This document shows positions 19,693 to 29,970 of a stretch of 64,000 bases of DNA, one piece after another; within the stretch, counting starts at the first letter, position 1, and the number at the start of each line of letters is the position of its first letter. Origin of the DNA: an uncultured Holophaga sp. (GTDB lineage: Bacteria > Acidobacteriota > Holophagae > Holophagales > Holophagaceae); the NCBI GenBank assembly GCA_963664825.1, contig OY761614.1, positions 1,312,001-1,376,000 of the forward strand, read 5' to 3'. Below the pieces are notes generated by a model. That model was given only the letters and a program-made list of their open reading frames with translations. It did not search any database and was not told the DNA's origin. Position numbers and translations under genes: made by a program.

Positions 19693-19975
19693 GGCCGAGC
19701 CTCCGGGCCAGGTCCTCCAGGAAGGAGGAAGGACCATTGTTCAGCCAATCATTTCGCAAAACGATGCCCCGCTCCCGAACCAACCCTGCGAAGGCCTGAG
19801 CGGCGCCCCGGACTGCCTCTGGGAGATCGGGCTCAATGACATCGAAGTCCCGCGTTTCGCGCTGCACGATGCCCAGCAGGGCCAGAGCGGCTCCCCCCGT
19901 GGCGATTGCCTCAAGGCGAAGCCCTCGTTCCGCAAGAAAGGCGTCAAACAGGGGGATGATCTGGGCGGGATTCAT
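19682..19975 (-). pseudogene. DUF6036/AbiEii-like nucleotidyltransferase, very short (97 aa), probably internally deleted
   Basis: GGAALALLG..RETRDFDV Pol-beta-type motif and WLN motif; too short for a complete NTase fold. Confidence 0.55.
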
Positions 19976-19992
19976 GGGGTCCTCAGTGCCTG

Positions 19993-20011
19993 GTATCAAT
20001 ATAACTGATAC
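19993..20011. promoter_or_regulatory. Inverted repeat GTATCA-N7-TGATAC, likely operator of the NTase pair
   Basis: AT-rich palindrome immediately upstream of the start codon. Confidence 0.5.
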
Positions 20012-20255
20012 TCGCTCAAACGCCAGATCACCCAGGGCGGCATCCGCAAGATGGACATGACCGCAGACACCTCTCCACCCTGGCCTCGCTGCCCCCCACT
20101 ATCCCGTTCCATTTGCCCCGACCGGGGGGGGACTGACATGGCGCTCTCGGCCTGAGCGTCCAAGGATCCGTGCAGCCATTCCCCCGGGAGCCGCGCTAGG
20201 CTGGAGAGGGATTCTGGCGGTCGCCCGGCAGGCCCATCCTCAATCCGGAGTATCC

Positions 20256-21647
<1,392 letters not shown>

Positions 21648-21733
21648 AGCGAGGGCATCCGGAAGCCAGAATCGGCAGACCCGCGGAGAGGGCCATGTCT
21701 CGCTCCAAGACCACGCCTTGAGGCTTGATCTGC

Positions 21734-21807
21734 AAGTTGAAACAAGGGAAGGTGTTATTTTACGGAAGGCCCACTCGCTAAAATAAGCCCGATCCTTGTT
21801 TTAACTT
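21734..21807. promoter_or_regulatory. Nested imperfect inverted repeat upstream of the Fic gene
   Basis: AAGTTGAAACAAGG...CCTTGTTTTAACTT (1 mismatch) enclosing TTATTTTA...TAAAATAA. Confidence 0.6.
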
Positions 21808-21818
21808 CCGAGGCATCC

Positions 21819-22979
21819 ATGAAGCGCGCCATGACGGGCCACTACGCAGTCCAAACCACGCAGGGCGAGAGCGTCCAGGCCTTCATCCCGAACCCCTTGC
21901 CTCCGGATCCCCCCATCCAATGGACACCGGACCTCCTGGCCGCCCAGCAGCGAGCCGCACTGGCCCTGGGAAGATTGGACGGCGTCACCACGCTGCTGCC
22001 GGACCCCGCCTTGTTCCTATACAGCTACGTGCGTAAGGAAGCCGTGCTTTCCAGTCAAATTGAGGGCACCCAATCCTCCCTCTCTGAACTGATGGCCTTC
22101 GAAAACCAGGGCGCACCTGGGGTTCCCCTTGATGATGTCGTCGAGGTATCCAACTACGTCGCCGCCATGAATCACGGAATCCAACGCCTTCGGGAAGGTT
22201 TTCCCCTTTGCCTCCGCCTCGTCAGGGAGATCCATGAAGTCCTCCTCGCCTCCGGGCGGGGGAGTGCCAAGCAACCAGGTGCGTTCAGGACCAGTCAGAA
22301 CTGGATCGGTGGGAGCCGTCCAGGAAACGCTAAGTTCGTGCCCCCTCCCCACGAGGCTCTTCCCGGATGCTTGAAGGCGTGGGAGGCCTTCCTCCATGGG
22401 GGTCCCGGGATCGCCGACCCTTTGACTCGCGCAGCCCTGGCCCATATCCAGTTCGAGACCATGCACCCGTTCCTGGATGGCAATGGTCGAGTCGGTCGCC
22501 TGATGGTCTCCCTGCTGCTCAGCGCGGAAGGCGTTCTTCGAGAGCCGCTGCTCTACCTCAGCCTTTTCCTCAAGCAGCACCGCGAGACCTACTACGAACT
22601 TCTCCAGTCCGTCCGCATGGAAGGAGACTGGGAGGCGTGGCTGGATTTCTTTTTCCAAGGTGTGACCGAGACTTCGGAGAGCGCCGTCGCCACGGCACAG
22701 CACCTCCTGCGCTTATTTGCCGAGGACCGGAAACGCATCCAGGGAACCGGACGGATTGCGGGTTCTGTTCTCCAGGTCCACCACCACCTCCAGGGACGCC
22801 CCCTTTGTTCAGCCTCAACGATCGGGCTTGCCGAGAATCTCTCCCAAGCAACCGTGAACAAAGCCCTCAAGACACTCGTGGAGATGGGCCTCGTCCGCGA
22901 AATCACCGGAGGGCAGCGGAACCGGCTCTTTGCGTACAGCCAAGCCCTGCAGATCCTGTCGGAAGGTACAGAGGCCTGA
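21819..22979 (+). CDS. Fic-family protein (N-terminal inhibitory motif, C-terminal HTH)
   Basis: HPFLDGNGRVGR catalytic motif; SSQIEG inhibitory (S/T)xxxE(G/N) motif. Confidence 0.93.
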   Translation: MKRAMTGHYAVQTTQGESVQAFIPNPLPPDPPIQWTPDLLAAQQRAALALGRLDGVTTLLPDPALFLYSYVRKEAVLSSQIEGTQSSLSELMAFENQGAPGVPLDDVVEVSNYVAAMNHGIQRLREGFPLCLRLVREIHEVLLASGRGSAKQPGAFRTSQNWIGGSRPGNAKFVPPPHEALPGCLKAWEAFLHGGPGIADPLTRAALAHIQFETMHPFLDGNGRVGRLMVSLLLSAEGVLREPLLYLSLFLKQHRETYYELLQSVRMEGDWEAWLDFFFQGVTETSESAVATAQHLLRLFAEDRKRIQGTGRIAGSVLQVHHHLQGRPLCSASTIGLAENLSQATVNKALKTLVEMGLVREITGGQRNRLFAYSQALQILSEGTEA

Positions 22980-23061
22980 TGGGGTTTCATGCACAACGAG
23001 AAACTCACGGATTCAGAACAGCATCCCCAGCCTCCAGTCCTGACACGGTTCTAGTGGCCCT

Positions 23062-23472
23062 TCAAGATATGCCATTGTCCGCGAGGTATTCCCTCGGAGA
23101 ACGCATGTCCACACCATCCCGGATCGCTTCGGGGAAATGTCCCAGGTTCCCCGTCACCAGCACGGCGCCCGTAGCTTTGGCCAGCGCCAGAAAGACAAGA
23201 TCATCGCTATCGGGTCCGTTCAGCGGCCAGGGAGCCGGTTCTGGCTCATGGAAGGCGACTTGGAGCAGGCGGGGCAGCCATGCCGGAGGAAATCCCTTTG
23301 GCCTGAACTTGGGACGGTTCAGCACCTCCCGGTACTCCGCCGCAATGGAGGCGCACACGTGAACCGGAGTCTGGCGCAACAGCACCTTTTCCACGATGCG
23401 GGCCAAGTCGCTTTCCGGCTTCAGTGCCGCCGATACAAGGATATTGGTGTCCAGGACAAGCGCCCGACTCAC
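23062..23472 (-). CDS. PIN-domain toxin
   Basis: LVLDTNILVSA, DSDDLVFLALA, LVTGN..HF. Confidence 0.9.
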   Translation of the reverse strand: MSRALVLDTNILVSAALKPESDLARIVEKVLLRQTPVHVCASIAAEYREVLNRPKFRPKGFPPAWLPRLLQVAFHEPEPAPWPLNGPDSDDLVFLALAKATGAVLVTGNLGHFPEAIRDGVDMRSPREYLADNGIS

Positions 23473-23768
23473 GCCGTGCGCCCCCGGCCCTTGGCGGCCT
23501 TCCGCGCCGCCCGAATTTCCGCGTCAATCTCATCAGCCGTGAGCTGGTCCAACCCGCTCTCCACGGCCCGAGCCTGGTCCTGGCGCAACGCCGCCACCGC
23601 CGCCAGGCCTTCCGCAAGGTCCAACATCCCCATACGGGTTTCAGGCGTCACCGGGAGCAGCAGGAACTCCTGTTCCCGACCCGCCAGCAGCCATGGTTCC
23701 GTGGAGACACCGGCCCCCAGGGCCTTGGCACCTTCACGTTGGAAATCCCGGAGGGGTATGGTCTTCAT
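23469..23768 (-). CDS. Cognate antitoxin (Phd/YefM-like N-terminus)
   Basis: MKTIPLRDFQRE..., C-terminal LTADEIDAEIRAAR; 4-nt overlap with PIN gene; GGAGG RBS. Confidence 0.75.
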   Translation of the reverse strand: MKTIPLRDFQREGAKALGAGVSTEPWLLAGREQEFLLLPVTPETRMGMLDLAEGLAAVAALRQDQARAVESGLDQLTADEIDAEIRAARKAAKGRGRTA

Positions 23769-23782
23769 GGGGCACCTCCATT

Positions 23783-23809
23783 CCATTGTCGTCGTTTCGG
23801 CGACAATGG
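23783..23809. promoter_or_regulatory. Inverted repeat CCATTGTCG-N9-CGACAATGG, likely TA operator
   Basis: Perfect 9-bp arms just upstream of the antitoxin RBS. Confidence 0.55.
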
Positions 23810-23984
23810 CAACCCGTGAAGGAAACCGGGCCTCACGCCGGTGCTGGAATTCCAGGGCAAGCTGTATTGGCCGGGGATTCACGGGGATGGACGAGGATAA
23901 AAGCAAGCCGGGAATTCGTGAGATTTGATCCCGAAACGTCATCCCCGGCTAAGGGCGGTTGGCACGGTAGCTTGCCATTTTTGT

Positions 23985-24014
23985 GACCTGCCATATATTT
24001 GATTATGGCAGGTC
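23985..24014. promoter_or_regulatory. Inverted repeat GACCTGCCATA-N8-TATGGCAGGTC, likely vapBC operator
   Basis: Perfect 11-bp arms with AT-rich spacer upstream of the AbrB-type antitoxin. Confidence 0.6.
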
Positions 24015-24093
24015 TTGTGGTGGCCTTGCCATGAACATCAACCGTTGTCCCGATGGGACCACCATGCCGCTGATGCTGGCGAAGGTGACACAA

Positions 24094-24345
24094 ATGTCCT
24101 GCTCAAACTTCACTCTTCAGATCGCGCAGGGAGGAAGGGTTGTGATTCCGGCCAAGGCCAGACAAGCGCTGGGGTTGGCTGAAGGGGTACGTGTGACGCT
24201 GGAGGTTTACAAGGATCGCCTCACGATCGTCCCTTTGGATCGGGCTCTCGATGTAATGCTGGCGAAGGCCAGGAGCCTTCTCCAGGGTCCATCGCTTGCA
24301 GACGAGCTGATGGCGGAACGACGCAAGGAGGCTGAACGTGAATAA
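24094..24345 (+). CDS. AbrB/MazE/SpoVT-family antitoxin
   Basis: GGRVVIPAKARQALGLAEG motif; overlaps downstream PIN gene; start uncertain. Confidence 0.88.
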   Translation: MSCSNFTLQIAQGGRVVIPAKARQALGLAEGVRVTLEVYKDRLTIVPLDRALDVMLAKARSLLQGPSLADELMAERRKEAERE

Positions 24346-24727
24346 AGTCGTGCTCGATGCGAGTGCCGTCTTGGCCCTTCTTCAGGGCGAGGAGGGAGCG
24401 AATCGGGTCCGTGATGCGCTGCGCTTGTCGGTGTGCTACATCAGCGCCGCAAACCTTGCCGAGGTCGCGGGGAAGTTGTTTGAGCGCCTCGGTAAGAGGG
24501 ATCAGGTTCGGGAACTGCTCACGATTCCGGGGCTGGAGGTGCTTCCGGTGACGGAAGAGGATGCCTTTCTAGCAGCGGAATTGACGGTCCAAGCGAAGGC
24601 CTTGGGACTCTCGCTGGGGGATCGTTTGTGCCTCGCATTGGGCATGCAGGAAGGGGCGAAAGTGCTCACGGCAGATCAGGTTTGGCTCCAGCTCAAGGTG
24701 GGCCCGAAGGTGGAGTCGATCCGGTGA
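24338..24727 (+). CDS. VapC-family PIN toxin
   Basis: VVLDASAVLALL, ISAANLAEV, GLSLGDRLCLALG, VLTAD. Confidence 0.92.
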   Translation: MNKVVLDASAVLALLQGEEGANRVRDALRLSVCYISAANLAEVAGKLFERLGKRDQVRELLTIPGLEVLPVTEEDAFLAAELTVQAKALGLSLGDRLCLALGMQEGAKVLTADQVWLQLKVGPKVESIR

Positions 24728-24826
24728 GGCTCTTGATTACGGGAGCCAGCTTCCGCTGAACCTATCGGCCTCTCCGTGCCATCCGCGACTCCGCGTGGAT
24801 TTCTCTCGTTTTGATACGGCTCGCCT

Positions 24827-25321
24827 TCACTCCAGTTTCGAGAAGCCTGAAGCATCGGTCAGGAGCCCCTTCCATCCACATTCCATGCTCACGCTCATCT
24901 TCCGGCCGGGGCGCAATATGCCGCTGCGCCAGTCCTGGACAAGGGGCAGGGCCAAGTAGCGCGGCGCTTGGCCGGGGGCCTGGAAGCTCAACACCACCAG
25001 GTCCGCCGTGCGGCGGGGAATGGTGTCCTTCACCCAGCGGCGATAGGCCACGGACAAAGGCAGGGCGTTCACGATCACGTTTTCGTCCGTGGGGTGGAGT
25101 TCCAGCGGTGTCCAGGCCGCTTTCGGCCATCGCCCCCGGGGCCCGGCCCAGACCTTCACCAGCGTCTGAGGCGGCAACTCCTTCACCCTCACCCGCAGGT
25201 TGAGCTTGGACGTGCCCGAACGCCTCGGAGTCTCCCAGGCCACCAGGGCGGCGAGGCTGGCCAGCAGCAGCCCGCACCAGAGCACGTAGAACCAGCGGCG
25301 GCGGTAATGGATGGATTCCAT
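24827..25321 (-). CDS. Hypothetical protein with N-terminal membrane anchor
   Basis: GGAGG RBS, hydrophobic FYVLWCGLLLASLAALVAW, host-like codons. Confidence 0.6.
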   Translation of the reverse strand: MESIHYRRRWFYVLWCGLLLASLAALVAWETPRRSGTSKLNLRVRVKELPPQTLVKVWAGPRGRWPKAAWTPLELHPTDENVIVNALPLSVAYRRWVKDTIPRRTADLVVLSFQAPGQAPRYLALPLVQDWRSGILRPGRKMSVSMECGWKGLLTDASGFSKLE

Positions 25322-25329
25322 GGTTCCTC

Positions 25330-25716
25330 CTAGACTGCTCCAGCCCGCAGAACCGCGGCCAGTTCCTCACGGCTGGCTTCCGCCTTGGCCGCCTTCCATG
25401 CATTCGCATCGAGTTCGCCGAGCCAGGCCACATCTTCGCGGAGCATCACGCCATTCATCTCCAGGGTCACAGCGGCGGCCAGGGTGCCCACCCGCTTATT
25501 CCCATCCACGAAGGGATGGTTGAGGATGAGGGAGAACATGAGCGCGGCCGCGTAATCGAACAGGTCTCCCCCACCGTAAAGGTAGTGGTGCTGGGGCGAA
25601 GCCACCGAGCTTTCCAAGGCCCCAGCGTCCCGGAGCCCATGGGAGCCTCCCCATGCCTCGATCTGGCTGTAATGGAGGGCCTCGATCTCCTCCGAGGTCA
25701 GGAACAGGGGTATCAC
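25330..25716 (-). CDS. Death-on-curing (Doc) family toxin
   Basis: GLRDAGALESS, HPFVDGNKR Doc-type motif. Confidence 0.92.
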   Translation of the reverse strand: MIPLFLTSEEIEALHYSQIEAWGGSHGLRDAGALESSVASPQHHYLYGGGDLFDYAAALMFSLILNHPFVDGNKRVGTLAAAVTLEMNGVMLREDVAWLGELDANAWKAAKAEASREELAAVLRAGAV

Positions 25717-25946
25717 CTGGCGAGACTCTTGAGCACAGGGGCCAGTTTCCGCTCCGTGCTTTCCTTGGCCTTGAGGAACAGAGCCAGACGTTCGGCAGCC
25801 GGAAGCGCCACAGGAGTCACGATCAGCGATTTCCCATCCGTCCGCACCTCGAGCGGCGTCTCAGGCGTGAGGCCAAGCAGTTCCATGACGTTCTTCTCGA
25901 CCACAAGGGCATATCCATTGCCGTGTCGCTTCAGATTGCGGAGCAC
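25713..25946 (-). CDS. AbrB/MazE-family antitoxin paired with Doc
   Basis: LKRHGNGYALVVEK..LGL..TDGKSLIVTP; 4-nt overlap with doc. Confidence 0.85.
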   Translation of the reverse strand: MLRNLKRHGNGYALVVEKNVMELLGLTPETPLEVRTDGKSLIVTPVALPAAERLALFLKAKESTERKLAPVLKSLAR

Positions 25947-25957
25947 ATCGCACCTCG

Positions 25958-25975
25958 GTAATACAAGTGTATTAC
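25958..25975. promoter_or_regulatory. Inverted repeat GTAATAC-N4-GTATTAC, likely operator
   Basis: Perfect 7-bp arms just upstream of the antitoxin start. Confidence 0.55.
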
Positions 25976-26010
25976 ATCCGATTCCGTCGGCAAGACGGCC
26001 CGCAGGAACC

Positions 26011-26280
26011 CTATAACTGCATCACATAGCCCGGCAGGGCCAGGATCGCCTCCCGCAGGGGCCGTTCGGCCTGTTCACTAGGCAGGGTCACCCAGAAGGT
26101 GTAGGCGATGTAGGCGCCGTGTTCGTGGGCCGCGTGAATACCATCCCCCGCCGCTTGAGGCCCCAGATGCTCAAGGATCAAGGCCTCCACGCGAGCGGGC
26201 TCCAGTACGCCGGCCTTGCCGATCACCTTGAGCGGCACGCGTGTGGGATAGGTGATCTCGGGGCGGGGGCAGCTTTCCAT
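26011..26280 (-). CDS. DUF493/YbeD-like protein
   Basis: ITYPTRVPLKVIG, G.Y...T, size 89 aa. Confidence 0.7.
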   Translation of the reverse strand: MESCPRPEITYPTRVPLKVIGKAGVLEPARVEALILEHLGPQAAGDGIHAAHEHGAYIAYTFWVTLPSEQAERPLREAILALPGYVMQL

Positions 26281-26317
26281 GGACCCAGCTTAGCAAAAAC
26301 GCTGCTTCATCCGAGCT

Positions 26318-26333
26318 TGGCACTGCCTTCGCT
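26318..26333 (+). promoter_or_regulatory. Putative sigma54 (-24/-12) promoter of pilin 1
   Basis: TGGCACTGCCTTCGCT: GG-N10-GC spacing with TGGCAC. Confidence 0.6.
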
Positions 26334-26367
26334 TTTACGTACAGTTGGACCAGCATCGGGAGGGCAT

Positions 26368-26790
26368 ATGCGTCATCGCAGCAAGGCTCAAGGGTTCAGC
26401 CTCATCGAACTCCTGCTGGTCCTGGCCATCATCGGCATTATCTCTGGCATCGCCATCCCGGCCTTCCTGGGTCAGCGCCGCCGGGCCCGGGTCATCGGGG
26501 ATGCCATGGCCAACGCCAAGGTAGTCAGCATGCAACTGGAAGCCCGCAAGGCCGATAACGGTGTCTACGGAACTGCCGGGTCGACCTTCACCTGGATCGC
26601 CGGTTCCGCATCCGATCCCACGTTCCTGCCGGGATTCTCCCCAAGCGGCAATAGCAAGATGAACTACAGCCTCGACATCGGCACCAGCGGGCTTGCCTAC
26701 ACCCTGACCGTTGTCGATCCCAGCCTGCCAGGAAGCCCCACGGCCTACCAGACCGATCAGACCGGGGCCGAACTGGCGCGATTACACTAG
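26368..26790 (+). CDS. Type IV pilin 1 (prepilin N-terminal cleavage/methylation motif)
   Basis: MRHRSKAQG|FSLIELLLVLAIIGIISGIAIP. Confidence 0.9.
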   Translation: MRHRSKAQGFSLIELLLVLAIIGIISGIAIPAFLGQRRRARVIGDAMANAKVVSMQLEARKADNGVYGTAGSTFTWIAGSASDPTFLPGFSPSGNSKMNYSLDIGTSGLAYTLTVVDPSLPGSPTAYQTDQTGAELARLH

Positions 26791-26993
26791 CCGCTTATCT
26801 ATGGTGCAGACACTCAGCGTGCTATATAATTTTACAACCAACGACGCTCCTCGACACGTGCCTGCCCCAATGCGTCACTTTTGGCACCCAGGGAAACCGG
26901 TCTTGCGAATCAGGCTTCCATTGACGTGTATCTTTCCCCACAAGATATTGGTTCCCTGCGTTAACATCCCCCCCTTCACTCTTCACCGAACCT

Positions 26994-27009
26994 TGGCCTG
27001 TTTCCTGCA
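26994..27009 (+). promoter_or_regulatory. Putative sigma54 (-24/-12) promoter of pilin 2
   Basis: TGGCCTGTTTCCTGCA: GG-N10-GC, about 40 nt before the ATG. Confidence 0.6.
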
Positions 27010-27047
27010 TTCAGAGCCAATGTTCCATTTCCCCAAAGGAGAACCAC

Positions 27048-27500
27048 ATGAAGAAGCAGTCAGGCTTCACCCTCATCGAGCTGCTGCTGGTGCTCGCCAT
27101 CATCGGCATCATCTCCGCCATCGCCATCCCGGCCCTCCTGGGCCAGCGTGAGCGCGCCAAGGCCAAGGCCACCCAGGGCAACGCCGACGCCATCGCCGGT
27201 GAGCTCGCCCGCATTAACGACACAGCCAAGGAAGCAGGGACGACGCTAAATGCCACTGAGGTGGTTACCTCGGCGCTCCTGCTCTCGAATTACAACACTC
27301 CGAATACAATGAATCCCTACAATGGTGGCAGCGCGCCCTTTGTTTCCGCTGCTACGGCTGGTACCGGCCAAGTAGCTCTCGAAGGCACGGGGTATGTGGA
27401 TCCTACCACCAATCAGTCTTACTCTGCCGTCATTGTCCGAGCCCTTTACCTTCAGGGTGGTGTATCAAAGACCACCACTAAGGTCATCGCACTCGACTAA
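27048..27500 (+). CDS. Type IV pilin 2, probable major pilin
   Basis: MKKQSG|FTLIELLLVLAIIGIISAIAIP; strong AAAGGAG RBS, own promoter and terminator. Confidence 0.92.
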   Translation: MKKQSGFTLIELLLVLAIIGIISAIAIPALLGQRERAKAKATQGNADAIAGELARINDTAKEAGTTLNATEVVTSALLLSNYNTPNTMNPYNGGSAPFVSAATAGTGQVALEGTGYVDPTTNQSYSAVIVRALYLQGGVSKTTTKVIALD

Positions 27501-27518
27501 GTTTTGGGGTATCCCATC

Positions 27519-27551
27519 AAGCACCCCCGGAGCCCTGGGGGTGCTTTTTTG
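27519..27551 (+). terminator. Rho-independent terminator after pilin 2
   Basis: AAGCACCCCCGG-AGC-CCTGGGGGTGC followed by T-run. Confidence 0.8.
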
Positions 27552-27654
27552 TCGATACGGGTGGGGTGCTCACGCATCCTGCCCACTCCATGCGTCGATA
27601 GGTGATCTCACAGAAACCCGCTAACCTTTCCATGGATTCTGCTGTAGGAACGAT

Positions 27655-29970
27655 ATGCCATTTACAAAACTCCTGGGGCTAGGCAATGGGGGCCCTTCCG
27701 GTCAAACATCACTCTTCCGCAAGGATCGGGTATGGCCGCCCTGGACCCTGGGTCTTCTGCTGGCTGTGGCGGTCATTCTGGCCTACTCCAATAGCCTCAA
27801 TAGCCCCTTCACCTATGATGATTACTCGGATGTGTTGGAACAGGTGACAATTCGCCACCTTTGGCCCTTGAGAGATGTCTTCTACCTCCCTGGCAAGGGC
27901 TTCATGAACCGCCCTCTCGTCAACCTCAGTTTCGCCCTTGATTATGCGCTGGGCGGGCTCCGTCCCTTTGCCTTCCATCTCACCAACCTCGCCATCCATA
28001 TCTGCGCCTCCCTGGCCCTCTTGGGCGTCATCCGGCGCAGCCTTTCTCTGCCGGTCTTCGGGGAGCGTTTCAAGGCCCACATTTCGGCGCTGGCCTTGGT
28101 GCCAACAGCCTTTTGGGCTTTGCACCCGCTTGCGACAGAATCTGTGTCCTACATCACCCAGCGCTACGAATCCATGATGGCGCTCTTCGTGCTGTGCACC
28201 TTTTATACGGTGCTCCGAAGCGTGACATCGCCCCGACCTCGCCTATGGCAGGCCTGGGCGGTTCTGAGTTGTCTGCTGGCTTTGGGCAGCAAGGAGGTGG
28301 CGGTTTCCTTGCCTGTGCTGGTGCTACTCTTCGACCGCTTCTTCCTTGCCGGATCCTTCCGGGAGATATGGAGGAAACGGAAACTGCTTTATATCGGAAT
28401 GCTCCTGAGCTGGGGCATCTTCGCCTATATCCAACTGCATGCTGTGCCACGAACCTTCGCGGCCTCTGGGTTCACAATTCCCTGGTGGCGCTATGCCCTC
28501 AACCAACCCAAGGTGATCCTCCACTACCTGCGTCTGGCTGTATGGCCCCATCCCCTGGTCTTCGACTACTTCTGGCGGCCGGAGACGGCTTGGAAACCCT
28601 TGGTGCCGGGGATGCTGATGCTGGCAGTGCTCCTGGGCTTGACCCTTTGGGCCTTGATCCGAAGCCCCCGGTTGGCCTTCCTTTCCATCTTTTTCATGGC
28701 CATCCTCGCCCCCACGTCCAGCGTCATGCCCATCCTTGATCTGGCGGTGGAGCACCGCATGCACTTGCCCCTGGTGGCCGTGATCCTTGCAGTGGTCCTC
28801 GGCCTGTTCGCTCTCCTGATGCGCCTAAAGGCGCGGATCCCGAAGGCTTCCACACTTGCGCGCCACCTGCTCCTGCCTGGGCTGGCCTGCATCCTGGCTT
28901 GTCTAGGGATCCTGACCTTCCTCCGCAACGAGGACTATCGGGATCCCCTTGATCTCTGGCGCAGCGTGACCCTCGCGGCTCCCAACAACCCTCGAGGTTA
29001 CAATAATTATGCATACCAGTTGGCGGAGCGGGGACGCCAGGTGGAGGCGGCTCAGGCCTACGACAAAGCCGTGGCTTTGGCTCCCAACATGGGGCTCTTC
29101 CAGTCGAACTATGGCCTCACTCTTGCCAAGCTTGGGCGCTACCAGGAAGGTCTGGAGCACATGCGCATCGCCGTGAAGTCGGAACCATCCAATTCCAAAT
29201 ACATCAATAACCTTGGATTCGTATTATTAATGAAAGGGTCTTTGGATAATGCCGCTACCTGCTTTAAAACGGCACAGCAGGTCAACCCTCAAGATGAGGT
29301 GTCCCTAGCAGGCTTGGCATCGGTTCTCTATGTGCAAGGGGATTTGGCCAAAGCCCTGGAGTATATTCAGAAAGCCATCAGAATCAATCCTTACGTTCCA
29401 AATCTACGAGAGCATCAGGCTCAGATCCTCATAAAAATGGGAAACACGGAGGATGCCCGCAAGGCCTTCCAGGCCACTATCCGACTCCAGTCCAGCGCAG
29501 AAAAGATCTCAGATATTGGATGGTCCATGCATGCCCACGGTTTGGAGCCCGACGCCTTGGCAGCTTTGCGGCAAGCCCTGGCGATGGTGCCGACCCACAT
29601 TAAGACCCAGATCCGTCTCGCTTGGTTGCAAGCCGCCAGTTCCGATCCTTCCGTCCGCAACGGTACTGAGGCGGTGCGTCTGGCCAAAGCGGTGCTTCAC
29701 ACCCAGCGCCCCATCCGATCTCCAGAAACCTTAGATCTGCTTGCAGTGGCCCAGGCAGAGGCTGGGCGCTTCCCGGAGGCCCAAGCTTCCCTCCGAGAGG
29801 CGCTAGCCAACTCCAAGGACCGGAAGGAGCCCTGGATTCCGAGTTTGGAGGGGCATTTGGCCCTTTTTGAGAAGAACCAGCCGTACCATGAGAATCGTCT
29901 ACCCAAGTCGGCTCACGTTGACCAGCCGGGCGGTTCCGTAATGGTTGCATCCACAAAGAGGAACCCATGA
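27655..29970 (+). CDS. TMTC-like GT-C membrane glycosyltransferase with C-terminal TPR repeats
   Basis: AYSNSL..PFTYDD, RPLVNLSFALDY..GG..P..FHLTN..IH, LHPLATESV, SKEVA, LRLAVWPHPLVFDY, EHRMHLP, RNEDY, followed by several TPRs. Confidence 0.8.
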   Translation: MPFTKLLGLGNGGPSGQTSLFRKDRVWPPWTLGLLLAVAVILAYSNSLNSPFTYDDYSDVLEQVTIRHLWPLRDVFYLPGKGFMNRPLVNLSFALDYALGGLRPFAFHLTNLAIHICASLALLGVIRRSLSLPVFGERFKAHISALALVPTAFWALHPLATESVSYITQRYESMMALFVLCTFYTVLRSVTSPRPRLWQAWAVLSCLLALGSKEVAVSLPVLVLLFDRFFLAGSFREIWRKRKLLYIGMLLSWGIFAYIQLHAVPRTFAASGFTIPWWRYALNQPKVILHYLRLAVWPHPLVFDYFWRPETAWKPLVPGMLMLAVLLGLTLWALIRSPRLAFLSIFFMAILAPTSSVMPILDLAVEHRMHLPLVAVILAVVLGLFALLMRLKARIPKASTLARHLLLPGLACILACLGILTFLRNEDYRDPLDLWRSVTLAAPNNPRGYNNYAYQLAERGRQVEAAQAYDKAVALAPNMGLFQSNYGLTLAKLGRYQEGLEHMRIAVKSEPSNSKYINNLGFVLLMKGSLDNAATCFKTAQQVNPQDEVSLAGLASVLYVQGDLAKALEYIQKAIRINPYVPNLREHQAQILIKMGNTEDARKAFQATIRLQSSAEKISDIGWSMHAHGLEPDALAALRQALAMVPTHIKTQIRLAWLQAASSDPSVRNGTEAVRLAKAVLHTQRPIRSPETLDLLAVAQAEAGRFPEAQASLREALANSKDRKEPWIPSLEGHLALFEKNQPYHENRLPKSAHVDQPGGSVMVASTKRNP

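Noticed and set aside
21648..26010. Integron cassette array explaining the TA cluster
   Set aside because: Mixed orientations, no recognisable attC repeats and no integrase
26368..27500. Electrically conductive (Geobacter-type) pilins
   Set aside because: Long pilins with low aromatic content (about 7 of 144 in pilin 2) and no aromatic pattern in the N-terminal helix
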